From: Protoeuglena noctilucae
Taxonomy: Eukaryota
Assembly (NCBI GenBank): GCA_958009085.1
Contig: OY253672.1
Coordinates: 806,001 to 870,000, forward strand
DNA: 64,000 nt
Reading direction: 5' to 3'
Position 1 is the first letter of the stretch. Each line of letters opens with the position of its first letter. Below the pieces are notes generated by a model, which made no database searches, was not told where the DNA came from, and was given only the letters and a program-made list of their open reading frames with translations. A program made the position numbers and the translations under genes. Below, one piece after another: positions 38,205 through 50,431 of this stretch.

Positions 38205-38823
38205 CGCGGCTGCTTCCCTGGCGAGCCTGCGGACCACGAACGAGACGCAGGATCCGTCTGCACGTAGTTGACGGCCCAGGACAGCAGGCGGGGTCGCAGC
38301 GTGGCTCAAAGGCCCCCCACTCCATCTCAGGGCGCGCCGGCAGGACCCGTGCCGCATATCAACAAAGACATCGGAAGCAGGAGCTCCCGCGCCACGCATC
38401 GCTGCCGCGGGCTCGCAAATGGGGTCCCAAAGCTTCGGCCCGTGCAGACGGGCGCCCCGGCGGCGCAGAGAAGGAAACCCGCGACCAGTAGGCTATGCGA
38501 GACGCTGCAGGGCGGTCCGGGGCCGTCGCGGCGTCGCAGGCGGGACGCGCCGCGCGTCCGCCCCGCCGCAAGCCCCCGAGCGATGGCGACGCTCTCACCT
38601 CGGCAGAAAGCGGCTTCGGAAAAGAGCAGGCGGTGGACTCCCGCGTCGCCGTTACGCGCCTGCACTCACCGCCAGTGCTGGCAGTTTCTGGCGCAGCATT
38701 TCCCCCCGCGCGGCGACTCGGCCATCCGGGCGTGCCTGACGACGGAGGCGACGTTACTGCAGCGGCGGGTGGCGCCTCGCTCGCCATCGTCGAGCATCAG
38801 CGCCGCGGCAGCCGCGTCTGGGC

Positions 38824-39955
38824 ATGACGTGCGTGTTGCGCGTCGGGATCCCGAGCTCGCGCCTTTTGGGTACCCTTCACAACGGCCCTGCATTCCTGTG
38901 CTCAAGCCGCACCGTACCAGTCGTGGGGCGCGTCGCGCGAGGTGCGGCGAGAGCAGCCACGGTGCTCGCCCAGGCCACGGCGCTCTGGCCGCGCGCGCTC
39001 ACTCGCCTTTCTGCCCCCGCAGGCCATCGGCTGGGGCTTCTGAGGCACGCAACGACCATGGCTGCGCCAGGGCCCCTATCTCTGGTCGTGTGCGGGCCAT
39101 CGGGGGTCGGGAAGGTGGGGCACACACTCCGCGCGCCCGGCGTCGCTACCTGGGAGCCCTTGGCCGCCGCCGGACCCACCCATGTTTTTTTCCCGTTTCT
39201 GCCAACCGCGCACTGGGGTCATCCCGTCTGTTGTCCCGCGACGCGCCGCAGGGCACGCTGATCGGTGCCGTGATGGCACGGTACCCGGACAAGTTCGGCT
39301 TCTCCGTGTCGCACACGACTCGGCAGCCGCGAGACGGGGAGACGGACGGGGTGCACTACCACTTCGTCGATGCCAGCGTGATGCGCGCCGAGGTGTGGCT
39401 GCCGAGTCGGGGGGCTGCGTGGGGGCTACGTCGCGGTGTTGCGAGGCGGCGGCTCAGGCCCGGCGCAGCGACTCCTTCGGATGCTTGTGCTTCGCAGGTG
39501 GCAGAGGGCAAGTTTGTGGAGCACGCCGAGGTGCATGGCAACATGTACGGGACGTCCAAGGCGGCCATCCGGCGGGTGCTGGACGAGGGCAGGTGCTGCG
39601 TGCTCGACATCGACGTGCAGGGCGCTCGGAGCATGCGTGCGTCCGGGCAGCCCGCGCTGTTCGTCTTCGTGGAGCCTCCGTCCTTCGCCGAGCTCGAGCG
39701 CAGGCTTCGGTGCGTGCGCAGAGCACTGCTGGCGTGTCTGTCGAGTGCGCCCATCATGGGCCGGCACCGAGGATTACACCGATGTGCGGGCTCTCACGGG
39801 CTTGCAGGGGGCGTGGCACTGAGACGGAGGACAAGATCGCCAGGCGCCTTGAGACCGCCAAGAAGGAGCTGTCCGCGATTGGCGAGGCGGGGCTGTTCGA
39901 CTTCGTGCTGCGGAACGACAGCCTCGAGGAAGCCACGACCTCTCTGTCGGCGCTG
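38824..39955 (+). CDS. Guanylate kinase domain (N-terminal part of a probable GK-SDR fusion gene)
   Basis: LVVCGPSGVGK/GTLI, FGFSVSHTTRQPRDGETDGVHYHFV, FVEHAEVHGNMYGTS, LDIDVQGA, LERRLR/GRGTETEDKIARRL. Confidence 0.93.
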
Positions 39956-40049
39956 GTGAGTGTGCCCATGGCAGTGGGAGGGGGGAAGCGTGCACGAACC
40001 GGCGGGTGTGGCAGCAACCGCGTGTGCCACCCCGCGCGCGTGACCGCAG

Positions 40050-40907
40050 GCGCACCGCGCTCTGCGTGGATGCCAGGCGGAGGCGCCCGGGACCGCTACG
40101 CCTTTCCGGGTAACGGCGCTTCCCGCACTGCCTTCGGGCATGGCGCGGTGGCGGGGCCGGACGGCGCTGGTGACAGGCGCGTCGGCGGGGATCGGGCGGC
40201 AGCTGGTGCTCGCTCTGGCGCGGGCGGGCATGCGCGTGGTGGCCGTGGCCCGCCGAGAGTCGCGGCTGCGGGAGCTGGTGGCGGACGCCGAGGGCCTGGG
40301 GGCGGAGGGCCCCATCCTGGCCCTCCCTCTCAACGTGACGGACGAGGCAGCCGTGGAGAGCATCCCCTCGCGGATCCAAGAGGCGTTTGGGGCGGAGGCG
40401 GGGATCGACGTGTGCGTCAACAATGCGGGCATTGGCATTGGCGGTACGGCGCTGATGGACGGCGACACGGCGCGGTGGCGGCATATCCTGGACGTGAATG
40501 TGCTGGCGCTGTGCATGACGACGCGCGTGGCGGTGCAGGACATGGAGCGGCGGGGGGCGTGGGGCCAGGTTGTCAACCTGTGCTCGATGGCCGGCCACCG
40601 GGTGCCGCCGGGCAACGGCGGGTTCTACGCCGGCACCAAGCACATGGTCAGGGCCCTGACACAGGCGCTGCGCAACGAGGCGCACGCCCGCGGGGTGCCC
40701 CTGCGCGTCGGGTGCGTGTCGCCCGGCTTTGTCGACACCGAGTTCTTCCTCGTCAGGTATGGCGGCGACCGGGAGGCCGCCACGCTGCCGATCGACCGGC
40801 CCCTCGCGGCGGAGGACGTGGCGGCGGCCGTCCTGTTCCAGCTGGCCGTGCCGGAGCACGTTGACGTGAACGACATCATGATGCGCCCTCTGCAGCAGCA
40901 GTTCTAG
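40050..40907 (+). CDS. Short-chain dehydrogenase/reductase domain (DHRS11-like), C-terminal exon of the probable fusion
   Basis: MARWRGRTALVTGASAGIG, VCVNNAG, SMAGHRV, YAGTKH (YxxxK), VSPGFVDTEF. A TGTAA poly(A)-type signal lies at ~40964. Confidence 0.92.
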   Translation, partial: AHRALRGCQAEAPGTATPFRVTALPALPSGMARWRGRTALVTGASAGIGRQLVLALARAGMRVVAVARRESRLRELVADAEGLGAEGPILALPLNVTDEAAVESIPSRIQEAFGAEAGIDVCVNNAGIGIGGTALMDGDTARWRHILDVNVLALCMTTRVAVQDMERRGAWGQVVNLCSMAGHRVPPGNGGFYAGTKHMVRALTQALRNEAHARGVPLRVGCVSPGFVDTEFFLVRYGGDREAATLPIDRPLAAEDVAAAVLFQLAVPEHVDVNDIMMRPLQQQF

Positions 40908-41219
40908 CCGCCCCGGGGCGCAGTCGGCGTCCATTGAAGCTGAACGTCCCAGGATCCGCTCGATGTAAACGATTTAAAGCATATTAGGGCTTCGTGCTGG
41001 CGTCAGGCTGAGTCGTCGACACATCTGGCATCGGGAAGTCGTGGGAAAGCTCTTTGGATGCAGTCACGCATGCATGTGACGCACATAGACACGCCGATAT
41101 GCGTCATCGGGTGCCTGGCTGCTTGACTGAACCGCTCGTTGCCTTTGCTGGCGTCTGCGGCAAATTCGCGACGCGGCCGTGGATATCGCAGCCGTGCGTG
41201 CGTCCACAAATCCGGGGAC

Positions 41220-43604
41220 ATGGCGGAGGGGTCCAGGCGTCATCGCCCAGAGCGAAGGCAGTTACACGAGCGGTTGCTTGACCCCCACGAAGGACAGGCC
41301 CTTCTCCATCCGCACGAGGGTCGCCATGACGAGCGTGAGGCTGCCGGGTTGCACAATCCAGCTGCTTTGATCTCTAAATGTGCACATCGTGGCATGGGGC
41401 GCGACGGTCGTGTTGTCCCTCGCGCAGTTGGGCACGGCCAGGGGCACGAAGCCTTTGCGCGTCCGAGCGACGCGCCCGAGTGGGTCCGGATGACGCCCAT
41501 GGAGCGCTACTTGGGCGAGCGCAGCCGTGGCTCGCGGGGGACGAGGTCACACGGGTCCAGGAACCACGGCCCGGACGGGGCGTCGGTCGAGGCGGGGGAG
41601 CGGGGCGACGAGGGCAGCCGGGCGCGCCTGTGAGTGGCCCGCCGCGCCGCGTCGCAGCCACCGCGACCTCGCATGCCTGCTGATGCCGTCTGGGTCCCCT
41701 TGCACAGTTTCGGCTCGAGTGAGTTAAGCGTACCGCCAGGGAGGATGATCACAGTCCCGTCGGTGACGGGCATGGAGGGCAAGACGGTGCAGCTCCAGCT
41801 CAAGCAGGACCGGGAGGGTTCTGACGTGGTGCGTAGGCAGCGGGCCAAGCTCGACAACTACGCCCGCCACGCCGTGGGTCCCCGCAAGTGGCTCCGCATC
41901 GACCCGTCCGGTTTCGGCACGGCCGTGACGATGGAGAAGCTCGCGACGGCGCGCCGGCTGGGTGTGCCCCTCCGCGACCTGCGCGTCCTGGACCCGCAGC
42001 TGTCCAGCTCCTACGCCAGCGCCGTGCTGTGCCGCGAGCGCGCCATCGTCATCAGCCTGGAGCAGGTGCGCTGCATCATCGGCCTCGACGAGGTCTTTGT
42101 GCTTTACTACGACGAGGAGGACGTGGCCCCTTTTGTGGCCGAGCTCCAGCACCGCCTGGCGAGCGCGTGCAGGCAACAGAAGTCCGAGGAGCGCAGCCAG
42201 GTGCGCGGGGACCGGGGAGTGGGCAGACACGGGCCGCTTTTGTGCTCGGCCAGCCAGCCGTGCTCGGCCAGCCTTGGGGTTGCGCTCGTGTTGGCTGACG
42301 TTACGAGTCGAGGCCCGTACGTGATGCATGCTACGCAGGACGTCGTGCCGTTCGAGCTCCTGTGCGTCGAGGTGGCCCTGGAGGCCGTGACGAAGAACCT
42401 GGAGGGGCAGATGGAGGATTTGGAGGCGGCGGCGCACCCGGCCCTCGACGCCCTGTCGCACGCTGTGACCACGGTCAACCTGGAGCGCGTGCGGCGCATC
42501 AAGAGCCGGATGAACCGCGTCAAGGTGACTGGCGGGGGATGGTTGTGGATGTGGAGGCTGTAGGGGGTTACGGGGAGCAGATCTTACTCATGAAAGGCTG
42601 CGAACGTAGCTCCCTGCCCTGTGCATTCCAGGTCAGGGTGGAGCGGGTGCGCGAGATCCTCGAAAAGTACCTGGAAGACGACGACGACATGATGGATATG
42701 TACCTGTCGAGGAAGGCGGTCATTGACGAGCGCGTGCATGAGATCCTCGACCATGCGAGGCCTGTGTCGGGTGCCAACGGGGAGGCGGGTGTCAGCGGGC
42801 GCGATGCAGATGCGGGGCGAGGTGCAGACGCGCACGCGGGCGGCGAGGCAGCAGGTGCGAGGCATGCTATCGGGGGCGTGTTGAATTGGAGCGGCGGGCG
42901 TGACGGTGGCTCAGCTGGTCGCCTGCCCTTGCCGCAGCAGACGCCGGGGAGGGCGCGGGACCCTCGCGGACTTCGTCAGAAGGCACGGGCACTGAGCACT
43001 CTCACTCGTCGGGGTTGTCGTCTCCTTTGGCGTCTACCAGCACGCGGAGCAGGAGCTCTGTTGAGAGCGAGGTCGAGGAGGGCATCGTGGACGAGGTGGA
43101 GATGCTCCTGGAGGCCTACTTCATGCAGGTGCGCGGCGCCAGCGAAGGGGCTCGCAGGGAAGTGAGGCGTGCGGGACGCGGGAGGGGCGGCCTGCCCCGT
43201 GCGCGCAGGTCGACGTGCTTTCCACGAAGCTCAACACGCTGGGGGAGTACATCAACGACACGGAGGACTACGTCAACATCAAGCAGGACAACCAGCGCAA
43301 CCAGCTACTGGTGGGAGGCACAGCGCGGGCAGCACATGGGCAGCGCAAAGGCAGGGGGCCGAGATGCGTGACAAATGGCGGCCTGTTGCTCCCGCAGATG
43401 CTCGAGATCGTCCTCACCACCGCGACGTTCTGCCTTGCCATCATTTCGGCCGTGGGGGCCATCTTCGGCATGAACTTGACCCACAAGCTGGAGTCCAGCT
43501 ACGTCGCCTTCCTCGTCGTCACGGGCGTGTCGTGCATGGTGGCAGTAATCGCCTTCCTGGGCATCATCCTCTTCATGCGCCGGCGCAGGCTCATGCTCAC
43601 CTGA
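41220..43604 (+). CDS. MRS2: MRS2/CorA-family magnesium transporter
   Basis: LRDLRVLDP, CRERAIVISLE, PFELLCVEVALE, AHPALDAL, DDDDMMDMYLSRK, EMLLEAYFMQ, EYINDTEDYVNI.QDNQRNQL, IFGMNL. Confidence 0.93.
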
Positions 43605-43963
43605 CGTGCGCTTGTCAGAAAAGCTTGCGAACCGTTGAACGCGCAACTGAAGTGTACCTGCGCGCCTAGCTTTCACTCATCATCAAGCACTTTCGTAGGG
43701 CCCGTCAGTAGCTGCTTCTTTGGCTCCAGGCTGGGCATTGTCGGACGTCTAGTCTTGGCTCCCTCCCGCACCGGCGCCAGCGCATCGTCCGCCGGGCAAA
43801 CTCCCACTGCAACATTACGTATCGCTTTTGGCGCTCGTTACGACGCAACGCGCTCCTTATAGCCTCTTGGCCGCCCACGTCGCGACACATCTGTCGTTTG
43901 CCTTTGTTCGAATTTCCCGCCCTGGCCAAGCGCGCTTTCCGCGCTCCAACGGCATCCGCCGAC

Positions 43964-45394
43964 ATGGACAAAGTGTTTCAGGGATACGCCGGCTCGCTGG
44001 GGATCCGGGACCCCGCGGTGGTCGGGAAGGCCCGGGAGATATACCGGCGGTCCACCGCGATGAAGACGCTGCTCTTGGGCCCGGTGAGAGCACGGGCCAT
44101 GCACAGCGGTAGACTCCAAGTGGCAGCCTCGCGCGCCACGCGAAGCGACGCCCGAGAAGTCACGGCGCGCTTCCTCGGGCTCCAGCACGCAATGTCGTCG
44201 CCTGCGCCCACCCCCTGCGCAGGGCGAATGCTGCCGCGCGATGGCCTGCTTCGAGCTCGCGTGTGAGGCGCTGGGCCACGAGGTTGCCCCCCAGACGGCC
44301 GCGCGCCTGGCCGGGGCTGACGAGAAGCGATACCAGCAGGCACTCCTGGTGTTGCACCGGTCCCTCGGATGCAAGTGAGCCGCGCTTGCCGGAGCAACCC
44401 ATGCCGAATGCTCCACCTGAAGCATGTGCCCAGCGCGCCTGCGACTCAACGCCGCGCCTGGACTTGCCCCGATGTCCGCCCATCGCGAGGCTGCTTGCCC
44501 TGGGTGCAGGCCGGCTACGTCCCTGCGCCTGCGAGACGTCCTGACGCGCCTGGGCTGCGCGGACCTGGAGGGACCGGTCGCTCAGGCGCAGCGCGAGTAC
44601 CGCCAGCGCGCCCTGGAGGAGATGCCGCCAAACCATCGGTGCGTGGCGTGGCAGTGTGGCATGGCAAAGCGTGCCTCAGCACACCTCTTCGAGCAATTGT
44701 GAAGGCCCTTGCGTGGGCGCGCTATTCGCTGCAGACGACGAGCCCCCGCATCCTGCGCTCGCAGGGACAGCGCGTCGTTCGCCCTGCCTGCGGTGCCGTG
44801 CGCCGCGCTGCTGCTGGTGGCGAGGAAGCTTCGCCGGCGCGTCGACCAGGCAGCCGCCCTGCGCGCCTGGGGAGTGTCGCGGCAGGAAGTCTGGGAGCGG
44901 GCCCAGGCCATGACGAGGTGACGGGAGGGCAGGGCTGCCGTCTCTGGTAATCGCACGACAAGCCCTGCTCCAATGAACCTACCCAGCATTAAAGACACCC
45001 CTGGCCCCCGCTCCCACGCAGGCTGCTCCCGCAGCTGGCGATCTCGGTGGTGAAACGGTCGAAGAAGTCAACCGAGGGTGCGGCTGAAGGCACGGGCTCA
45101 CGCGCTAAGGGGAGCGCTCCAGGGGATGTCGGGCCCCGGCCAGTCACAGAACCGGGTCCAAGGGGCACAGACCGTGACGGGCAAGGCGTCAGCGGGGAGG
45201 GGCTTTCTCGAAAGCGGGGCCGCGGGGGAGCGAGGAAAGCGTGCGGGGGTGCGGAGGCCGGGGGTGGCAGCGGTGGCAGCGGTGACGCGGGGGTTGGGGT
45301 GGGTAAGGAGAACGCGGGGGGCGAGCGGAAGCGTCTGCGACGGGGAGGCGACCTGAGCTTGGGCCTCATTCGCACTCTGGTCGTCAACCAATGA
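43964..45394 (+). CDS. ORC6: Origin recognition complex subunit 6
   Basis: KAREIYR.../GECCRAMACFELAC...ARLAGADEKRY...RDVLTRLGC...YRQR...FALPAVPCAALLLVARKLRRRVD follows the plant ORC6 pattern. Confidence 0.75.
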
Positions 45395-45833
45395 CGCACA
45401 CAGGCGTCACGGCTTGGCTTCATCCAGAGATGCATGTGTGGTGGCTATTGAAGCACAAACCGAAACGAGGCAAAGAAAGCGGGTTGGAAAAGCAAACGGC
45501 ACATGCCTGCCTGGGAGGAGACAATATGGGCAGGAACAGAGCAACTTGATATGACCGGCAGCACCACAGCGGCACTGGTGCAACACAAACACAATGGGAT
45601 GATATGGCCAGAAGGAAGAAATGAGGAGGGAGGCGTTGTGGTGGTGTGGGCACCGGACAGGATGGAATTTTGGGAATGCCAATTGGGCCAATGGAGTGGA
45701 GCGCGTTGGGAGGGAAAAGTCAGGCTGCGAGACCGCAGCCTGCAAAAAGTATTGTGAAGCACAACGGAATTGCGGGTCTGTGAATCAGGAAGTTGCATGC
45801 CATAAGGCATGAAGGGAATAAGGGCACGAGCCA

Positions 45834-46410
45834 TCACTTCCCCTGCTCCTGGGGCTTGAGCTCGTCGGGTGTGGCCACTCGCTCCTCTGGGACCTCTTGC
45901 TCGCCTGGGACCTCGAGCGCCTCACCAGGGACGCCAGACACTGCGGACGGCAGCCAAGGATAGACGTAGTCGAGTGACGGGTCGAGGGCACGACGGAGAC
46001 TAAGGGTGCGGGACCACTTGCCTTCGGACCGAGCCTCGTCGAGCCTGGGATCGCCGAGGTTGCTCTCGCCGGGCTCATTCTCGCCAGGCATAGGCACGAC
46101 CGTCTCCGCGCTGGCCTCGTAAAGGCCGCGGGCGTCCTCGCGATTCACTTCCTCGACGTCCCGAATCCGGGCCTGGAGCTCCTGCGCCAAATTCCAAGGG
46201 CGTCGCGGTGGAGAGGAATGACCGACGGCAGCGAGCGCTCGCTCATCTGCGCATAGCGCGACGAGGAACCCCACGCACGGCGAGGACATCTCGCCGGTTG
46301 CTGCAGGCTGTGGGGGCACCCAGCGTCCTCACCCGCGAGTGTCGCCTCTTGACGTTGGGGCACGGCCCCCGCATCCCCGCTCCATTTTGAGGCGAAGCGG
46401 GTTCATTCAT
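45834..46410 (-). CDS. Hypothetical protein
   Basis: 161-aa ORF with protein-like, acidic composition and a possible upstream exon. No recognised family; frame uncertain. Confidence 0.3.
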
Positions 46411-46789
46411 AGTTGTGCTTCTTGGAGGCAGCGGGGGTCGGGGTGTCACCAGGCCCAAGATTTTGTCATTGATTGGCCACAACAGCCCCGCAGCGAGCCA
46501 GCAGCGCCCATGGCGAAGCACCTCCGCAGTGCACAAGATATTGGGATGCTGATGTTGTCTTGTGGCGGTGGCGGCTCCGGTCGCCGTCAACTGCCGACCT
46601 GCCGCTCGACCAAGCGCCATTCACTGGCTGGCAGACATCATCGCGCCAGTCGCCTCCGCGGGCACCATTACGTTCGCGAGAGTCGGAAGATTCAAGCGCA
46701 CGCGCGCCACGGGCACTGGACGGGCCAGGGGCGGCCAGCGCGGCCGTAGCACACACCCACGCGTGGCGCAACGTGCATCCGCCCGGCTC

Positions 46790-48302
46790 TCAGTACCCCG
46801 CCGCCACGGCCACGCCCTCCTGCTGCTCGTAGGCCGGGATGGCCCCCCCCGCCGTCATGGCGTACTCCTGCTCCTCCTGCATCCCCTCCCCCGCCTCCTC
46901 CTGCTGCTGCTTCTCAATCTCCTCCGGGTCGCGGTAGAAGAACAGGTCCACCATGACCGAGTCCCAGGGCTGGCCGTACGGCAGGGAGCCCCGCATCTGG
47001 AGGACCATCCGCGCCAGGATGTAGTACATGACCCCGATCGAGTGCTTGCCCTTGTTGTTGCACGGGATGGCGATGTCCACGTTGCGCAGGGGCGAGTCCG
47101 TGTCGCAGAAGGCGATCGTCGGGATGTTGACGTACGCCGTCTCCTTCATCGGCTGCGGGGCACCGCGGGGCGGGCAGGGGAGTCAGGGTCCTGTGGTCCC
47201 CCCGAGAATGGCGCGGAGGAAGTCAGGCCCCATGGGGAGAGACTGTGGGCTCCATATAGTAAGCGCGCGGGAAGGTGCATCCGGCGGCCTGTGGGTGGTA
47301 GCCGCCTCGATCTCGGCAGCACGCGGCTACCCCAGGCCACAGGCGGGGCCCGCGATAGTTTGACAGTGGTGCCGGCATCAGCTAGACGCGAATGCGATCG
47401 CCCGCGCTTCCCGGGCCCGCGCCCCCGCGCATCGCACCTGGTGGTCCGTGCGCGGGTCCGTCACGATCAGCAGGCGGGGCTCCTCGAAGTTCTTCTGCTG
47501 CTGGTTCGTGAACGTACCGGGCGTGTGCCGACCGGACAGCACCTTGGCCCCAGTGTAGTGCGCGAACTTGAGGACGGCACGCTGCGAGGGCGAGAGGGGC
47601 GAGAGGAGGTCCGTCCAGCGCGACGCGCGGGGTGGCGCGATCCAGAGCGGCGCGAGGAGCGAGCCCCACGCTTTGCGTCACTCCAGCGCCGGGGGCGAGG
47701 CGCGAAGGCCGCGCGCCGGGCCCCCTCACCTGGCCGTACGGGCGCGCCGACTGGGCGATGATGTCCTGCGGGTTCTCGATCGCGACGATGGCGCGCGCCG
47801 CCAGGCACAGCTTCTCGTACGTCTTCTCGAGGTTGATGACGTAAATCCCTGCGCGGGGGATCGGGAGGTGGCGCCGTGGGGATGCCCGCGGGCCCGCGCC
47901 CCTTCCCCCCACTCAGAGACCCCTCCCGTCCGCGGCGCCAGCCCGGTCGGCGCAGAGCCAGGCCCTCCATTCGCCGACGTGCGCCTCCACCCGAAGCCGC
48001 GCGTCTTTGGCCGCGACCGACCCGACTGGCACCCCCCCCGGCTCCCCGGAGCCCCGTCGCTTGCTGCCGCGGACGCCAAGCACATCAATATCGCTCCCGT
48101 CGCCGCCGGGACGGTCGACAGATGCGCGACGAGCCCTCAGCGCCGGGTTCGACCCGCGCTCCCCGCGTAGCTCACCGTCCGCCCGGCGCTTGAACACGTA
48201 GCGCTCCATCTGGAAGTCCAGCTGCTTGGTCCCGAGATGGCAGCCCGCAGCGAGCATCATCTGGATGTCCTGCTCCTTCTGGGAGAGGGTCGCGGTCGCC
48301 AT
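46790..48302 (-). CDS. RPSA: 40S ribosomal protein SA (uS2/p40)
   Basis: [100 protein letters not shown]. Confidence 0.98.
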
Positions 48303-48519
48303 TGTCGCGGCGTCCTACGCGTGGGCCCCGACAAGGACGCGAGAACCGACCGGCGGTGAAAGGAAGGGGCGGCGGCGAGGGAGCGGGCCCATCACCGCGC
48401 GCCCGGGGTTCGCCAGTTTCTGGCGCAACTTTGCGCGCAAGAAACAGGCGAGGGCGAGGTGGCGTGCCACGCCGGCCCACGCCGCTCCGCACTCCGATCG
48501 GACGGCGGAGGCTGGCGAG

Positions 48520-50033
48520 ATGGCCTGCCGGGCGCTGCACCGGGCTCTGGCCCCGGCCAGGGCATGTGGGGAGTGGGGTTCGCAAACTACCGCGGCCCTC
48601 TGCGCCAGGTCGGCCAGCGGGGACGCGTCTACGAGCTCGCATGAGGGGAATTCCTCGCGCCCGAGGGGACGGGGCCGGGGCCTGCTCCCCGCGCAGCAGC
48701 ACGTCTGGGAGGCGAGTGCTCTGCAGTTCTTATTCCCGCCATCGCGCGCCGCTCGGGGCCGTGCGACGTCAGCCGATCGCTGCTCGCTCCCGCAGTTGCT
48801 GAAGAGCAAGGCGCGACCGGGGGACATTGCCAGGGAGCTGATGGAGCCGAGTGTTCGCGCCCGGGACCCCCGCGACAGCCCCCTCGTGCGCTGGCGCATG
48901 GAGATGGACGAGCGGAGGAAACACGGGGTGCGTTGTCAGCTAGTTTAGTCATCGCGGTGGTCGTCGCGAGGGTTCGCGCCGGCAGACCCGAAACAATCGC
49001 CCCTGGAGTGGCGCAGGTGCCAAGGAGGATCGGGGACGCGAACGCCCCGGGGGGCCTGCTGCCCAGCAAGAGCAAGAATCTGACCAAGTTCTTCGGCGAG
49101 CGCGCCGCGGCGGAGCTGCGCCGGTGGCGGCGCGAGAGGATGCGCGTCCAGGCGAGGGGCCCGCCGCCCACTCGCGCCAGCTCTTACTGCCCTGGCTGCA
49201 TGATCCGAATGGGCAGGCCGTTCGCTGGGCTTCGCAGAGGGTGTACTACCAGCAGCAGTATGCGGCGGAGCAGGAGCGCCGTGCCATGGAGGAGTGGGCG
49301 GCGCGGTGGCGCCAGCGGACGGAGCTGCAGCTCTTCCAAGAGGTGTGGGCGATGGAGTTTGGGCAGGAGGAGTGGGAGGCGCGGGCGAGGCGGCGCCAGG
49401 CGGACGAGGAGGTCCGCAGGGTGGCCGCGCAGGGGCGTGCCGTCCGAGGCGTGACGCGCCTGCTTCGCGAGGCAGAGCTCAAGGTGCGTGCGCCCGGGGG
49501 CCTGCGTGCGTGCGCAGCCGCCGCGCCGAGGCCTCGGCTCACGCGCACTCCGTCGCTGCGCCCGCAGCAATGCCGGGAGGACTTCCTGGCTGAGTTGGCC
49601 CGGCGCGCCCAGTCGTGGATCACGGAGGACACCCTGGACGCGCGCATCGCCCACGCCCTGGCGCACCCGGAGCCCCTGCGCTCCGCCCGGGAGCGCCTCG
49701 CCCCGCTGCGCATCGCCGCGCCGCGCATGGCCATCGTGGACGAACTCGATGCGTCGGACGTCGCCAAGCCGCGCGCCGACCGCCGCGCCCTGCTGAGGGC
49801 CGAGGTGAGCGCCCGCGCGCTGCAGCCGCGCTGTGCAGGCGACGCTGCGCGTGTCCGCACCTCCCTACTCCAACCGCTCGTCGCGCTCGCAGCTGGAACG
49901 CAAGGCGAGGCTGGCTGCGATGGACCTTTCCAAGATCAACTTGACGGGCACGGAGGCTGAACTGAGCCGGCAGCTGGCCAAGCTCTTTCCGGAGAAGCGT
50001 ACCCCCGTCGTGCCGTCGTGGGCCAAGACATGA
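48520..50033 (+). CDS. Coiled-coil protein, possibly mitoribosomal mS26-like
   Basis: Transit-peptide-like start MACRALHRALAP, charged helices, and WITEDTLDARIAHAL resembling the mS26 C-terminal (F/W)IT.E.L...I..AL motif. Confidence 0.45.
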
Positions 50034-50332
50034 ATGGGTGCCAATGGGTGGCATATGCCTTTGCTGCCAAGTCAGACTAGCTCGTGGTGCGCGTGTTACT
50101 GAAGCTAGGCTGGTTGACCCACACGGCCACTATTCAAGCTTTGCTGGGCGGCATGCTGCTGTTGCTGAGGGCGGGACGCACGGCAGCAAGAGGTGCTGCT
50201 GCGCTCATGCTGCGTCGCTGGCGAGTCCACGTGAATGGAATGGGGGCGGCGAACGTGATGCGGCGAGACAAGGAACGTGATGCGACGAGAGTACGGAAGC
50301 ATGCGGTGTCTTGCTGACGGCGCTCTCCCGCG

Positions 50333-50417
50333 GCGTCTGGCAGAGGGTACGTCTGGCAGAGGGTGCGCCTTGCGGAGGGTGCGTCTTGTGGGGCGGAGGG
50401 TGCGTGTTGCGGAGGGT
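50333..50417. repeat. Degenerate ~16-bp minisatellite
   Basis: About five variants of gcgtctggcagagggt. Confidence 0.7.
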
Positions 50418-50431
50418 GTCCCTCCCGCACC

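Noticed and set aside
45400..45830. Lower-GC stretch, possible mobile-element remnant
   Set aside because: No terminal repeats, target-site duplication or transposase/RT motif seen; consistent with 3' UTRs of convergent genes.
50333..50417. Short repeats as a CRISPR-like array
   Set aside because: No unique spacers, eukaryotic context; a plain degenerate minisatellite.
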